DNA of 56,304 bases, the filler included, from Sphacelaria rigidula (taxonomy: Eukaryota): NCBI GenBank assembly GCA_964200075.2. It is 3 parts of 3 records of this genome, joined end to end, with 100 filler letters (N's around TTAATTAATTAA, not from the genome) between each part and the next. Parts side by side here need not be neighbours in the genome. Positions count along the whole stretch, not along the records: positions 1 to 18,706 come from CAXNAA020000808.1; 2 more parts are not named here. One strand, written 5' to 3'. Shown piece by piece: positions 1 through 12,480 of the stretch (position 1 is the first letter of the stretch; each line of letters starts with the position of its first letter). Made by a program: the position numbers and the translations under genes. The notes below the pieces were generated by a model that was not told the origin of the DNA, did no database searches, and was given only the letters and a program-made list of their open reading frames with translations.

Positions 1-40
1 GGCGTGTACTTGGGTTGTAACGCTGAAATGAAGCCTAGGG

Positions 41-103
41 ATGATTCGTCACGAGTCGACTCATCATACTAAAACTAAGTAATTTTCAGACGAATCATTA
101 TTT
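41..103. repeat. Short interspersed repeat (~60-75 bp); reverse-orientation copies at ~12571-12647 and ~18654-18706
   Basis: acgagtcgactca.tatactaaaac.aagtaattt.cagacgaatcattattt is the reverse complement of the 18654 and 12571 copies; both other copies end at assembly gaps. Confidence 0.75.
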
Positions 104-118
104 GTCCGACCCTTGCAG

Positions 119-359
119 GTTTTCGAAGGTCCTTTTGGACGCGATCGGGAACAGCATCCACAAGGGAGAATCGGTGTCTCTAGGCTGGGAAGGCAAGGAC
201 AAGACGGTGGTCATCGTGCGGGACGAGCTTGCAGGGATCGTGACAGATTCTCATTTGCCCAAGGCCTTGTTTGCTCTTTACCTGGGCTCAAATCCTGTTG
301 CACCAGCGGCGAAGGCTGCCTTTGCCGAGGGAGTACCGGACTTCGTTAACAGCAAATAA
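119..359 (+). CDS. 3'-terminal exon of a chalcone isomerase-fold (CHI-like / fatty-acid-binding) protein; upstream exons lie outside the window
   Basis: Acceptor ccttgcAG at 117-118, then FSKVLLDAIGNSIHKGESVSLGWEGKDKTVVIVRDELAGIVTDSHLPKALFALYLGSNPVAPAAKAAFAEG...*. The 'ALF.xYLG..PV.P.AK' ending is typical of CHI-fold proteins (recognised from memory, no search run). Confidence 0.75.
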
Positions 360-3300
360 TCATCGGCAGAATCTGGACGTACGTGGTGGTGATGATAAAT
401 GAGAGGAGGGGGCACCCGCGCTTCGACATTTTACCCCACTTTTTTGTGCCCAACGCAGTTTTATTAGCCCCACGTGTTTTTTGGCACGGTGATACTGTTC
501 AGCGATCCATCATCGCAGTGAACTCCGAGGAGATGTGGTGTGTGAATTTCGTTGCAGAGATTTCCCGTTTTTTTTGTACCAACAGTCACGACTACCTGCT
601 CATCAGTGTGCTTCATATTTTTTTGTCGCAGAACAGATTGTAGTAGCACCGCAACAGTTCGCGTGTGTCTTCGTGCTGAATTTGTACGTCGCTTCATCGG
701 ATATTTGCCGCCTATCCATCAGACATTCCACACTTTTATTGGTGCGTTTTTTTATGTATACTACTACCTAGCTCCCATAGTTGTGCCGCAATCGGGACGG
801 GGTGGCGAGATGCCATCACTTGTAGCCGGCCGAGCTTGTCCAAGTGAACAGTGACTCAGCGTTGCAGTGGTCATCCGGCTTGAGGATCGTAAGGTGATCT
901 ATCATTGTGTGCGTGAAGCTGTGTTCGACGTCCGCCGAATCCAGCGCTGCTACGGTACATCTGTAGCCAACTTTTGAAATGTGTTGAAGTAGTCATCCTT
1001 CGTTGGGCACGAAGATTCTCGTGGGCAACGGGGTCATCGAGTTGGAGTTGGTGCGTGTATTTTTGGGCCACCTCGGTACGGTATTCTCGGTATATTGATC
1101 CCGCACCGGCCGTTTGAGCCCTTGTCGGATGTGATGTTTTTTGTTCATGTTGGTGTTGGTGTTGCCTGGGAGAAAGATCGTTTTTACTTGTGTGATTCGA
1201 TATTTGTTCATGTGTAACCCTTTGCTTGTGGGAAGATGGTATTTTACGGTTGAGTGATTCTGCAGAGGGACCGCGGTCGAAGGGAATGACCGATGTGAGG
1301 GTAAATTCTGGTTTGGCAGAGGGCAAAAACCCGATCGGCAACAATTTTCGGTAATTTCGACAGGAAAAGAGTACCCGCAGTTGTGCTTGATTCTATCGTA
1401 TGAGGAAGGAAATTGATTGGCCGGGATCTTTGGACTGCTGTTCTTACCTTCACCTTTACGTATGTAGCACTTGTATCCTGGTTGGTGAGTTGTCAAGACC
1501 ATATTTTTTGGCATAAGACGTACGTTGGTATTTGATTTTGAGTGTGGAAATATGTGTGAAATGTGCGATGGTTGGATGTGCACTCATGGCTGATGACGCG
1601 ATGGCTCCCTCACAGAAAAAAAAGTGGCTACCGCATGTAAATGAAAATGACAAATAACTGCCGAGCACACACCGAGCAGCTGGGGACTCTTCCGCTTGGG
1701 ATCGCTTTCGTCTACGTCGCTCATATGATGCGCTTCATGCAGTCTGGAACCAGCTATCATGCGCTGTACGATCATGTTCTTGGCAGTTCGGGGGTTGGTT
1801 TAAGGGGGGCTACCCCGGCATCACACGTGAACGATGCGGACCACGGCGAGTGGCGCCAGGATTGGGTGTACATTGATGAGAAACTGGGGTGGATACAGTG
1901 CTTCCGTAGTCACCTTGGACAGCTGTGATGGGTGGATTATAGGAAGGGATCGTGACGATCCGGGGAGTGATGCTACGGTAGGGGTGCACATATATTTTCT
2001 GAGGTTTGCATTATTAGGAGCCCTGTATCTCATCCAAAACACCACTTACGGAATATGTGAGATACGCCAGGATTACTATTTCCATGTGCTGGAGATATCC
2101 CGAATGAAGTTGCAAACGGGGATGCTCTGACCCACACTCTCGTGCAATCTAGAATCGTTAGGCGCCCCTGAAAACTCCTACAGTAGCATTGCTCCGGGAG
2201 ATTAAAAAAAGTGTACGCTGTGCTCGCTGTGACCACGCACGTTCAACATGCAGAAGACAGCGAGAGAGAGACAGGTGATTTCGATTTATGACCACACTGA
2301 TGCGTGCGGATTAGCAGAGAGGCGTGTGCATGCTGTCGATCCACCAAGAAGTTAATATCCCAAAGGTGGCATTGAGAGGCTGAACCTAGCCTGTACTCTC
2401 TTCAGAAAATATTGATTGACAGTCGCACATCAACTGATCTCCTAGGGACCCAGCCGTGATAAATATCCACTAGACGTACCCAAGCTGAACAAAGCGACCT
2501 ATATTTCTGGGAACTCCACAGACTCCAAAACCATCGCGCTTCACGGGTGCATGGGGGAGGAGCGACGCAACGTGCCCTTGGATGGTATGGGCAACTTGGT
2601 GTATGCAGGCATGACTAAAAAATTATCAGGGGGGGGGGGGATTATTGAACCCTGGTTCATGTCACTTCTCTCGTACCTCATCCATATCCTGTATCCTCTA
2701 CACAGGGGCTGAAGTGACGAGGGCGATACTCGTTTGGTCCAGACACGGGATCGTTCTTGGAGTGCCACATTTCGGGTGGCTCAAAGATGCGAGCTCTGCA
2801 TGGGGGAACATGTACACAGACAACCTTGACGTGAATTCTGCTCTCGACTCAAGCAATAATGTTGGAATGAAAGAAGAAAAGTCGAGCTCATACTGCATAC
2901 AGTCAACGTCCGACAATAAAACAAATCAGCCACCATCCAACGTGCTGTAAACCAAGACAGCAAAGCCTACGCGTGCCAGCACACACACGTGATCGCTTTC
3001 GAGGGCTCTCTGTCAGACGGGATCCCACACACACCATGCACCCATCACACGTACCATCAGATGGGGGGGGAAAAAAGGCGGCAGAAGAAGACACAGCAGC
3101 AGTCAGTATGCTGCACCGTGTCGACACACGACACGGGAGCACATGCGCGCAGTTTTAAAAAAGCCGTATCTTGTGTCTCCAACCAGCGCGTACACACGCG
3201 GAAGAGTCGAGAAAAAAATATATACGTGGCGCGTACAGAGACCAGCACCCACTCTTGCTAAGCCGGCCCTTAGTGCACGGACCCGCTCGCAAACCCAAGC

Positions 3301-4518
3301 GCAACCTTCGAGATCTAGACCCTTTCAACTCCACCCATCCACGATTACTTCAATCAAGTCAAGAAATGTAATGAAATTGAGAAAAATGAGGCGTTTTCAC
3401 TTCCAGCAACTGCCTTGCACTGCAAGGGTTGCAACGACGAGCGCCTACGCCGTGTCGAAACTGCAACAAAATTCAAAAACACAACAAAACTTCCCCAAAC
3501 GTCTCTCGGATGGCGAGGATACCCCGATTGGATAGTTGAGTCACTGACTGGAACATCGTTTCGTCGGTCACATCTGCAGAGTCTCCATCCATCATACCCC
3601 CCAAAACGCTCCCCATTGGGTAACCGCTTCGAGCATTTCTTCGAAGTCTCCGATCAAGTACGTGACCTGCCACGTACGCAAGCACCACAAAGCACGTAGT
3701 GTCCCTCAGGAAGAAAAAAAAGACACGTACACCTACTGTAGCGCAAAACAACAACGACGCTCGCGTGCAACGCGCGCAGTCGCCGGAGCCGACTCTTCCG
3801 TCGGCTGCTCGTGCCTCTTCCTCAACCCTTGCATATATTTTTCGCTTCAATATCTTTCGCAATTCGGAGATCGATGACAATACTTCATTCTCCGTCATTC
3901 CGACGACAAGCTAAACCGCTCGTCTTAACTTAGACAATAAAAAACTTCACTCATGATACAAGCTGTGGTCACGCGCAACGGACACGCCAAGGACCAAAAT
4001 ACTTGATGCTCCTGATTGTGGCAATTCCCCCACGAGAGTCATCAATAAACGAAGACACAAGGGACACACCGTGTCATGGAAGCGCCTGTCCTTCCACGTT
4101 ACCCCGGCCGACAAAACATGAGAAAGGGTACAAGACATGATGCAAAGCGGGGCACACAAAAATCTACGAATAGGCAAATGGCACCGCAGCAAGCTTTTTC
4201 ATCCCAATCGAAAACAGCAACAAGGGATATTACCCGTCCCTCCTTGGCGAATGCCGGCAGGCGGTACCCTGCCGCCAGCACGACACCCTGGCCATGCCAA
4301 ACAAACACCTGCATTAAGGGCACCACAAAATTCACCCGTCAAGAAAAAAGCAAACACCGATGTCACCCACAGTCTCGGAGACCCACGGTAGCATCGCACA
4401 GAGGCCCGCAGACAGTTGACATACCACGCAATTCGCAACACAGTATACAAGGGCGGAGCGAAAAAGAAAACACAAGCAATACCGCTGTCACCCGGCAAAA
4501 GCAAAATCAAGAGCAAAA

Positions 4519-7500
4519 TTACGGCGCGGTCGGATCCCCCTCGCTACCATCCCGTCGCCCACCAACCCTGCTGCTACTTCCACCACCGCCGACCCCAAGG
4601 GCGCGCAATAGCGATCTCCACCCCCCCGCACGCCGCTGCCCTCCGCTATTCCCCGAAGACCCATCGGTGGGCGAATGATCGGCCCCGATATCGCCCCCAT
4701 CAGACCCCGGTCGATCTCCGATAGGTTCGCTGTGAACGGCAGCCGACGACCCGGAGGCAGGGGTCAACGCTATGTCTTCTCTCGCCACAGCGGACCCATC
4801 ATCGCCACCGCGGTGTCCCGCCTCGACCCCAACATCGATCGAGGGGGACGACGAAGCAGCCGACGCGCTTCTACTCCTCGTGCTGCGGACGGACCCACCG
4901 GAAGACGACGCAGCAGCAAGGACCACTGGACCATCAGGCAGAGCCCGCGCCAAAAGCGACCTGGGAGAGTCCGCCACGATTCCTCGGCTAAGCGACCGCG
5001 GGGTGCCCACGGCACCGCCAGGGGTATCGGGGTCGCGGCTGGAGGATCCACGGGATGCCACAGCCGCGCGTGCTGCGGCGATCAAAGAAGCCGGCGCGCC
5101 CGCAGCATCAAATCCCCCTGCCCACGGCGAGCCCCTGCTCCCCCCGACGGCAAGGGGTGGGCGGTCAGCTCTGGTTGGCGTCGCGACGGCCGACGCTGCA
5201 GCTGTCGGCGGCGGAGGCGGCGGCGGGGGTGGAGACGGCGGCGCCCTCAGCGGCACGATCGCGTGAATGTGGATGTTGATATTGCTCGAGGTAGGCGCGG
5301 GGTTGGACGTGGACACCAGTTGCCGGAACGCCGTATCCGGGGAACGGTCAGGTGATCGCGACCGGGCCTGAGGTTGTCGTTGAAGTCTTCGGTTCAACCC
5401 TGTGGTCCGTCGCCGCACTCGTGAAGTCGCGGCGTTTCCCCTGCGGACCTCTCCGGGTTCTGCTCCATCCTCTGCTCTGTTCCCCATCCCCATACGTGCG
5501 AGATGGGGGGCGACATCCGTCAGCATGCGCCCAAGACGGTCTAGCAGCGGGGCGACATCGCTGGCGAGCTCGGAGGCCTTAGGGTCGGCATCACTTGATG
5601 AATCAGCCGCGACGGCAGATGCGGTCGCGTTGTCATTGACACGTTGACGTGTCCAGGGTAAGGTGTGCGACACAGAGCGCTCGCCTGCAGGGGGCGTCGA
5701 TGCATCGTGCTCCAGACATCGAGCGTAGCACGCCGATAGCTGTACGGCGAGGGGCAAACACGGACGGAAACGGAAAGAGACAAGAGAAAAGGGACGCGAA
5801 AAGGAGAAGAAAATAACCGAGTCGTTGGGGTTACTTTTTGGACAAGGAGATGAAAGCTGAAACTGTTTCCAGTCCAACACAAGGTTTCAATAGCAAGAAA
5901 TTGGTGGCTGAATGCAACGATACCAGGAGCAGAACGTTCCCTTGTTGAGGGCAAAATTTGTCCGCCCTTACGCGATGCATGCCGGCTCAGTCTAGCTTTT
6001 TCGTATGACACGGAGGGCACAACATAAGCGCAAAGCAGAACCTCACGATGGTTTGGCCTCCGCAGCCTTACGAGCCTCTTTCTTGGAGACAGTCACAACC
6101 CTTGGCCCAAGTCTCAAGAAAACCGCACGAGAAATTTTGTGAAGCTTCCACAAATTAGCTATGCCACGGATCCTCCCGCTTATCAAAGCACGAAACTTGA
6201 CGCGTCGAAGTCCAATCTCACCTCCTCAACCATCGGACCGATCTCCTGAAGAACTCGGCTGACCTCCGGCATGACGACTCTTACATCGTCCGTTCCAGTG
6301 ATGGGCGCGTTGCGGACAGCGGAGATCGGCGCCGGCGACACATGCTGGGCATGCGGCAGGTGCTGTGTTCGCGTGCGGAATGGTGCTATCCTTGGCGAGT
6401 CCCAGCTAAGCCACTCATCCCATCGCGGCGGCCAGCCGTTGTAGTGGATCTGAAGCTGGGTGCCTGGGGCCATAAGGAAGCGGAGTCAGTGGTGGGAATG
6501 AAGGCACAGGAGCAGAGATCCAATGAATGGGTAGAGTAAGCAACACACCAGGCGAGCAACCGAGAGCCAGGTGGGGGGGTGACCGCAGATGCGGCGGGTT
6601 GCGGGTTGGCGGCTGTGCTGTCATGTGATGGCTGCCTTCATCCACACCACAGGAGTCACTGCGGTTTTGTCACGAGCGCGGAGCTGTCACGAACAAGGTA
6701 ATACATGGCAGTACCAGCAGGCAGTCTCAAACAATATATTTTGGGCGATACCCGCTTTTTCCTTTCACAGCCCATTTACAGAAAAAGGGTTAGGTACGAG
6801 AGTACTCAAACATTCGGAACGAAGCACGGTCATGATGCAAGTCACGGCCTCGTCAAGGAGGGGTTGGTGGAGTCACCGTAAAGTTTGGGCAATAAAATGG
6901 CTCCATCCACTCTATCCCCAAAGCTGCGTACCCGAGTCTGATATATCCATAACAGTCGCCTCAAGCCAATTGTGAACCGTATCCTTCACGTCAAGCCACT
7001 GCCCCACGAAGAACTTGCGAGTGCATCGGCGACCCGTCTCCCCTACGCCCTCCTCCTTCTTTTCTTCCTCAGCCGTGCCGCCCGCAGCACTCGTCCGGGA
7101 TCGACGGAGGAACGAGCGCAGGGACCTCGACTGGTTCGCTTCTCCCCAGCCATCGCTGTATCGCCGTGATTGGAGAAACGGAGGGGGGAGGGAGAGAAAA
7201 AAATGGCAGATGCGACGCAAAGATGGCGATCAGTTATATAATAATGTTCGTTCATAATGTGGTGTTGTCTCATTGAGTCCAAAAGTTGACTATGAGAGCG
7301 GTCGGCGGTCGGCGGTCGGCGGGCGACGGCGGGCGACGGGGGGGGGGGCATTTTGAACCCGAGCAGGTAGTATCGCTGACAGCATCCGAGATCTGAGCAA
7401 AGGCATCAAGTCACCCAACTACAGTGCGCACGACATGGCAGCACCACACCCTGGAGAGCCACCGTAGTACAGTCATCACCTACAACGCGGCTACAGCCGC

Positions 7501-9255
7501 GTTCAAACGCGTCAAACTCGACATGAGAGCACACGGCGCGCTTTGCTTCCACAATTTCAGCGATAACAAAAGGATAGAAAAAATGATGTGTTCGCAGTAT
7601 GAAAACGACGGAGCACACGGGGAAAAACTTCTCCGCGCTGTTCCATGCAAAGTTCTCCACAACACTGTACTGTGCCAGATGTTCGTAGACGATCCGTTGC
7701 ATTTGGCATCCGAGCGGTTAACCTGTTCATTCAACCGAAACATTCCCAATACAAAAATGAGCATGCCCAAAACAGCCACCACCATCAACAACTACTTGAA
7801 TATGTCACACAAAATATATGCTCACCTCTCCCCGCTGCTGGACACAAGGTCCGGAGGCCCGGCATCGGTCGAAATCGACGAAGACGAATTAGAAGCCGAC
7901 GACAGTGACCTTGACCCCATTGGAAACACCCCAGACTCCCCGCTGCTCGACATCAGCTCCGGAACACCGTCCGAAGATGACACTGTTCCCGAAGACGGCA
8001 TACGGGATTCGGGACGAAATACACCTGACCTGCTCATCGTCGTCGAGGCCCGTCTCCCCGCCCCCCTCCGTACTGCCCCCTCGGATATCGGGCAGGGTGG
8101 CGACATTTCCGAAGCTTGCGCCGAATCGGAGACACCGGGGGCTCTCCCACTATCCTCATCTTCCGACGACGCGGATGATGTTGATATTGCGTTGGACGTA
8201 CTGGAGGACGCTGGTAACCAGGTCGTGCTGGCCCCATCGGACGCTGACAATTCATCGCCGTCCTTAGCGCTTCGAGATACACGTGAGCTCGCGGGCGACG
8301 ATGTGGCCAAGTTTGACTCGTCGACCTCGACACTTCCAGTAGTCTGCTCAGCAGATACCACCCTGTCTGGTGCAACTGCCGTCGTGGCAGCTTCATTATC
8401 TGCTAGTGTAGTAACTGCCGGATTGGACCCTGCCGTCGCCGAGCGATGCTCAGATGCGTCTGCTGCATCAGAAACCGCGGGTGACGCTGCCGACGTTACA
8501 GTGGGCGGACCATTTTGCTCATTCCTAGTTTCTAGTCCTGACAGCAAAGTGTGCAGGGTCAGCAGGCCCTGTCGAATGTGCTCTAGGCCCAGCTGTCCCT
8601 CCTCCTCGGCTTCCCGGCCGCCGCTTCCCCTGTGAGCATGTGCGGTTGCCGCCCCGCCACCCAGTGCCCCCGCGCTAGCGTGCGCGGGCGCACCGGTGGC
8701 GGCGGCGTCTCTGCCGCCCAGAGCCCTTGCGCCTCGAGGCTCGACGGCGCCCGTCACAGAATTCTGCGGTTGGGACAGTTGTCCCGCAATCAAGTCAATT
8801 CCCCCGCCGGATCCTGCCGCCCCTCCTGCGGCGCCGCTCGCGAGGCCCAGCATGTTGGACAAGAAATTATCGCCAGTCAGATCGCCGGGGTTACCCTGAA
8901 ACTCTGAAACTCCGAGGCCGGCGGGGTTACCGGCGACACCCGCAGTCATACCGCCACCGGCACCGGTAACCCCGCCCTGTCCGAACGCAGGAACACCCAT
9001 GCCCATGCCCATCAGCACGCGCTGCCCAAGCGCACCCGCGCGTGCGCTAGCGGCGGTTGCTGCTGGTCGGTTCGCCGCTTGGTTCGCTTGGGTGTTTGCT
9101 GCCACGCCGGCCGCGGCAGAGGTTTCTGAAGAGGGTGGAACAAATCCACGAGGCCTGGCCACCATGTGGAGCGAGTGCCCAGTCTCGACCTTGTATGTGC
9201 TGAGAGATTCCGAGTCGACCAAAACCTTCCCGCGGTAGATTAGTCGCTGTCGGTC
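4519..9255 (-). CDS. Ubiquitin-like-domain, BAG6/Scythe-like protein with an internal Tudor/MBT (Royal family)-like domain; 5' exon(s) not located
   Basis: Exons 9255-7826, 7155-6932, 6463-6222 and 5739-4519 have GT-AG borders, phases 2/1/0 join in frame, total 3117 nt. Motifs: UBL C-half DRQRLIYRGKVLVDSESLSTYKVETGHSLHMVARP; RKFFVGQWLDVKDTVHNWLEATVMDISDSGTQLQIHYNGWPPRWDEWLSWDSPRIAPFRTRT; APLLDRLGRMLTDVAPHL; NINIHIHAIV. Confidence 0.8.
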
Positions 9256-9686
9256 CTGCAGGGCGAGTAGTACAGCAGGCGACATCACAACACCAACATC
9301 GACGCGTAAAAACAATCAGGTATCACGTCACTAAAGACAGAGGGCTACATGCATCTCTCCGGAGAAATCTGGTATTCTGTACATCGATATTGTATACACG
9401 GGAAAAAATAAAGGTGGCAAAACTGATTACTACCATAGAATAAAATGACAACCGAAGAAAACGACCGCCAACATCCCTTGCGCAGCCAAGGTGGTTTCCA
9501 TCTTGACATATTCGGGCATAGTTCCAAATTTCGGGTACATCTGCCGTGTGGAATCTCGCCAAGATAGTAAGTATATACCGGGGAGAGATGGGTTGATCTC
9601 TTAAGACCACGGCCTCATCCCGATGAGGGGCAGGGGTTCAAAGCGCGACAAATCAATAAAAAAATCAACAAAAATACGAAGTCTGA

Positions 9687-9760
<74 letters not shown>
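9687..9760. repeat. (AAT)n microsatellite, about 24 units
   Basis: Uninterrupted aat run. Confidence 0.97.
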
Positions 9761-9761
<1 letters not shown>

Positions 9762-10652
9762 CTCTGACGTGAAGACGTAACGCGCAAACCTGAAATCGAC
9801 AGTCTCGACGCGGCCTGGAGGGGGGAAAATGGCAGAAGGGACAACGCCTTTTGTACCAGTAGGGCGAGTTATGACGCACATCGCGTGGCTAAAAAGACAC
9901 TCCAAACCTTCATCTAGGTACCCATGCCACGCGTGCGCGCTGGGACCATTGTGAACGGGGGACTCATCACTCATCACCCCAGTGACACCTTGCTCGCACA
10001 CCGTAAATGTACATGCAACTGCGGGTCATGCGCCAAGCATGACGTTGTGATGCTGTCAAACCTCGGAAGTACACATCATTTCACCACACTTCATTCGGGG
10101 AATATCCTCACACTACAGGCATAGGCTGATAACTGTAAGAAGGGTGCGCACAAGCGAGAAACTCACTTGTCACACACTTGAAGGGATATTTCAACCTTTC
10201 GACCGTCAGGGTGGGCTATCCGGGTCTTGGAATCATTTCTTCAAGTGAACATGATACTGATCTGATAAATGACCCACCCTGGCTTTCCATGTAATAGACA
10301 GCTCTGCTCATGGTGTTGTTTGTACTCGACAGCAATTACGGATATTCAGACCTTTGAAAGCTGGTTTGCGCGAGCCACTCAAAACTCGGATGGAAGATTT
10401 CTTCACGTCGATACGTGCAATGAAGACCGGTATAACAGGATTGAAGGACACCGCATCCACTTCATGGCGAGGACATGGCAAACGCAACTCAACACAGTGC
10501 CCTCATTTGAGTTAGCCTGCGCGGTCCGGCCCTGTGGCATTCAAACAATACTTTGTTTGGGACCAAGAGTCGCGGCGTTGTGTCGATTTGTACCGAAAGG
10601 GTCATCTTGCAAGTTTCAACATCTCGCTAGCCACAATCTCCACGAAACAGTG

Positions 10653-10846
10653 AGGTCGAGTAGAGTATACTCAATTCGTTTTTTTTTTTTTCAAGTCGTA
10701 GGTGAACTACACAAATTGAGGGTAGGGTTTTTAGGGATCGCTTTTCAGTTATTTTTTGGGTACGACTCCGAACTCTCTACCCTGATTTGAGGACCTCAAG
10801 CACGTCTTTCAAAATACCCCGCAGTTGAGGATACTCTACTTGAGCT
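10653..10846. mobile_element. MITE-like element with ~24-bp imperfect terminal inverted repeats
   Basis: Left end aggtcgagtagagtatactcaatt versus reverse complement of right end agctcaagtagagtatcctcaact; no clear TSD. Confidence 0.55.
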
Positions 10847-10904
10847 GCCCTTGAATGATTCGATTCTGTCTTTAGTGGCCCTTCCCAGATCGATTCGATT
10901 CTGT

Positions 10905-11018
10905 CTTTAGTGGCTCAACAGTGGTATAAGAAAAAATCCCAGATCGCTCCGGGAATCGAACCCCACAACTCAACCATCAGAAGGTTACGAGGCTACCAAC
11001 TGAGCCAAAAGGGTGACC
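10905..11018 (-). mobile_element. tRNA-derived SINE head (tRNA-Gln(CTG)-like), short copy
   Basis: Minus strand: ggtcaccctttTGGCTCAGTTGGtagcctcgtAACC-ttCTGat-GGTTgagttgtgggGTTCGATTCccggagcgatctgggattttttc. Has A box, B box and an anticodon-like arm, an imperfect acceptor stem, and the same downstream body as the copies at 16155 and 28699. Confidence 0.7.
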
Positions 11019-11121
11019 GGCAAGCTATACAAACGACAATACCGAGCTCGGTTTGCGGCTCATTTCTCTACAGCGCTGAAAGGCATGCGGTGTTGGCGCA
11101 CGACACATGAGCTGAGATTTC

Positions 11122-11420
11122 CACGGTTATGTTTTGTAAGGTACGGCTTTCTGTAAACTCGGGGTATTTTTCCGGGTGTGTACCGTACCCGACAGTTCTG
11201 TAATTTCTGTACATTACATTTACCCGAACCCGAAGGGCGGGTATACCCGAAAAGAGTCACCCGACTGCTGGTACCGGTTTTCTGTAAGCTTCCCGTACCG
11301 TACCCGACAATTTCTGTAAACTCTGCAAGACTTTCATACCGGTACCCGACAGCTCTGTAAACTCTGTACGGAATCTCATTCCCTACAGAACGTACCCGCA
11401 CCTTACACAACACAACCTTG
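11122..11420. mobile_element. hAT-like MITE (299 bp) with 8-bp target-site duplication
   Basis: TIRs cacggttatgttttgtaagg / ccttacacaacacaaccttg; TSD GAGATTTC at 11114-11121 and 11421-11428; internal repeated gtacccg and tctgtaa motifs. Confidence 0.85.
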
Positions 11421-11598
11421 GAGATTTCTCTGAACTGCGACAAGCCTGAAGAAAAAATGTGGCCAATTTTTTCACGAAGTTCCTGGCGCAGCAAGGGGTA
11501 TCATATCTCTCCGTTGTGGCATGATATCCCCCTCCCCCCCCGCCCCCCCTTTATTTTTTGGTCGTACAGAAAAAAATTAATGTTGTCCAGAAACCACT

Positions 11599-11810
11599 AT
11601 TGGAGGGATCTCAAACTCGGTTCCCGGTTTCCTGGTTTAGTCGTTGGCTCTGCGTTTTGTACTATTTCTTCAAATGAAAGTGATGGCGATTCATAGGAGG
11701 ACCTGACCTGGAGGGGGTCTCTTCATCTGATGATTTGTCATCACTTTCATTTGAAAAAGTAAAACAAAACACACCACGATACCGGGAACAAAGTTTGATA
11801 TACCTCTATT
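11599..11810. mobile_element. Palindromic (hairpin) MITE-like element
   Basis: tcaaactcggttcccggt pairs with accgggaacaaagtttga; ttcaaatgaaagtgatg pairs with catcactttcatttgaa. Confidence 0.7.
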
Positions 11811-11812
11811 AA

Positions 11813-11914
11813 TTCTTAGATCGCGAGGGTAGGTCACCTGCTGAATCGGCATCAATATTCACTTGAAAATAGTATACGTGATCCACATGGACTACCCGCA
11901 CCGCGGTCCAAGGG
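11813..11914. mobile_element. ~100-bp piggyBac-like MITE; further copies at 30428-30539, ~30544-30643, 30689-30748, 47746-47843 and a degenerate one at ~32000-32089
   Basis: Consensus termini CCCTTAGACCGCGAGGGTAG...CTACCCTCGCGGTCCAAGGG, flanked by TTAA or TTAA-like tetramers; shared internal tgaatcggcatca motif. Confidence 0.7.
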
Positions 11915-12480
11915 TAAAGACCACGTTGTATGGGGGCTGGGGGCCCAAATCGGGGGAGATGCGGGAGTCTCCCGATCTAAGCAGAAAGGTGATGAATCAA
12001 AAGTCAGCACCCAGACAATCGGGGAATTGATCTCGTTTCCTCAGATCTAGGCGGAAAACATTGCCCAACGGACTGGGGTCCAAAAATTCAATCCACGGGA
12101 GAAAATCGGATCTAAACGGGCTGAAATCCTCATATTTGTACAAACACGGATTGTTTGCCATACAAAGTGGTCCAACCCTTTTGGGACCGGACCCCCAGAA
12201 ACATGGGGTTTGCACGCAGAAGCTTCTCGGTGAATCGGCATCATTTCTGGTCGTTTTCAATAGTGTTCAATATTGTATCGATTTTTCCGATATATCCTAC
12301 CGAAATTTTCAATGAATACATCGTACCGAAAATTTCCATACATCGGATCGAAACATCGTCATCGTTCTCGTATCGAAATCGTAGCGAAAACAGTCCGATG
12401 AAAAGATAACGATGACAACAGCGATAAGTTCGACACGACACGGCATGATACGATAAATAGCCGTATTTTTACCCCATTGA

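Noticed and set aside
1641-1928. LGTLPLGIAF resembling the GLPLA motif of NB-ARC domains
   Set aside because: A single short motif with no P-loop or other NB-ARC elements and no supported exon structure.
3473-3898. Possible small minus-strand gene starting MTENEVLSSISELRKILKRK
   Set aside because: The start is plausible, but there is no recognisable domain and no consistent downstream exon chain; left unresolved pending RNA-seq.
7424-8635. 403-aa plus-strand ORF (likewise 25859-26971 and 4675-5355)
   Set aside because: These are antisense shadows of GC-rich minus-strand exons that have proper splice sites and domains.
9615-10001. ORFs with poly-Ile or poly-Tyr tracts
   Set aside because: They are translations of the (AAT)n microsatellite.
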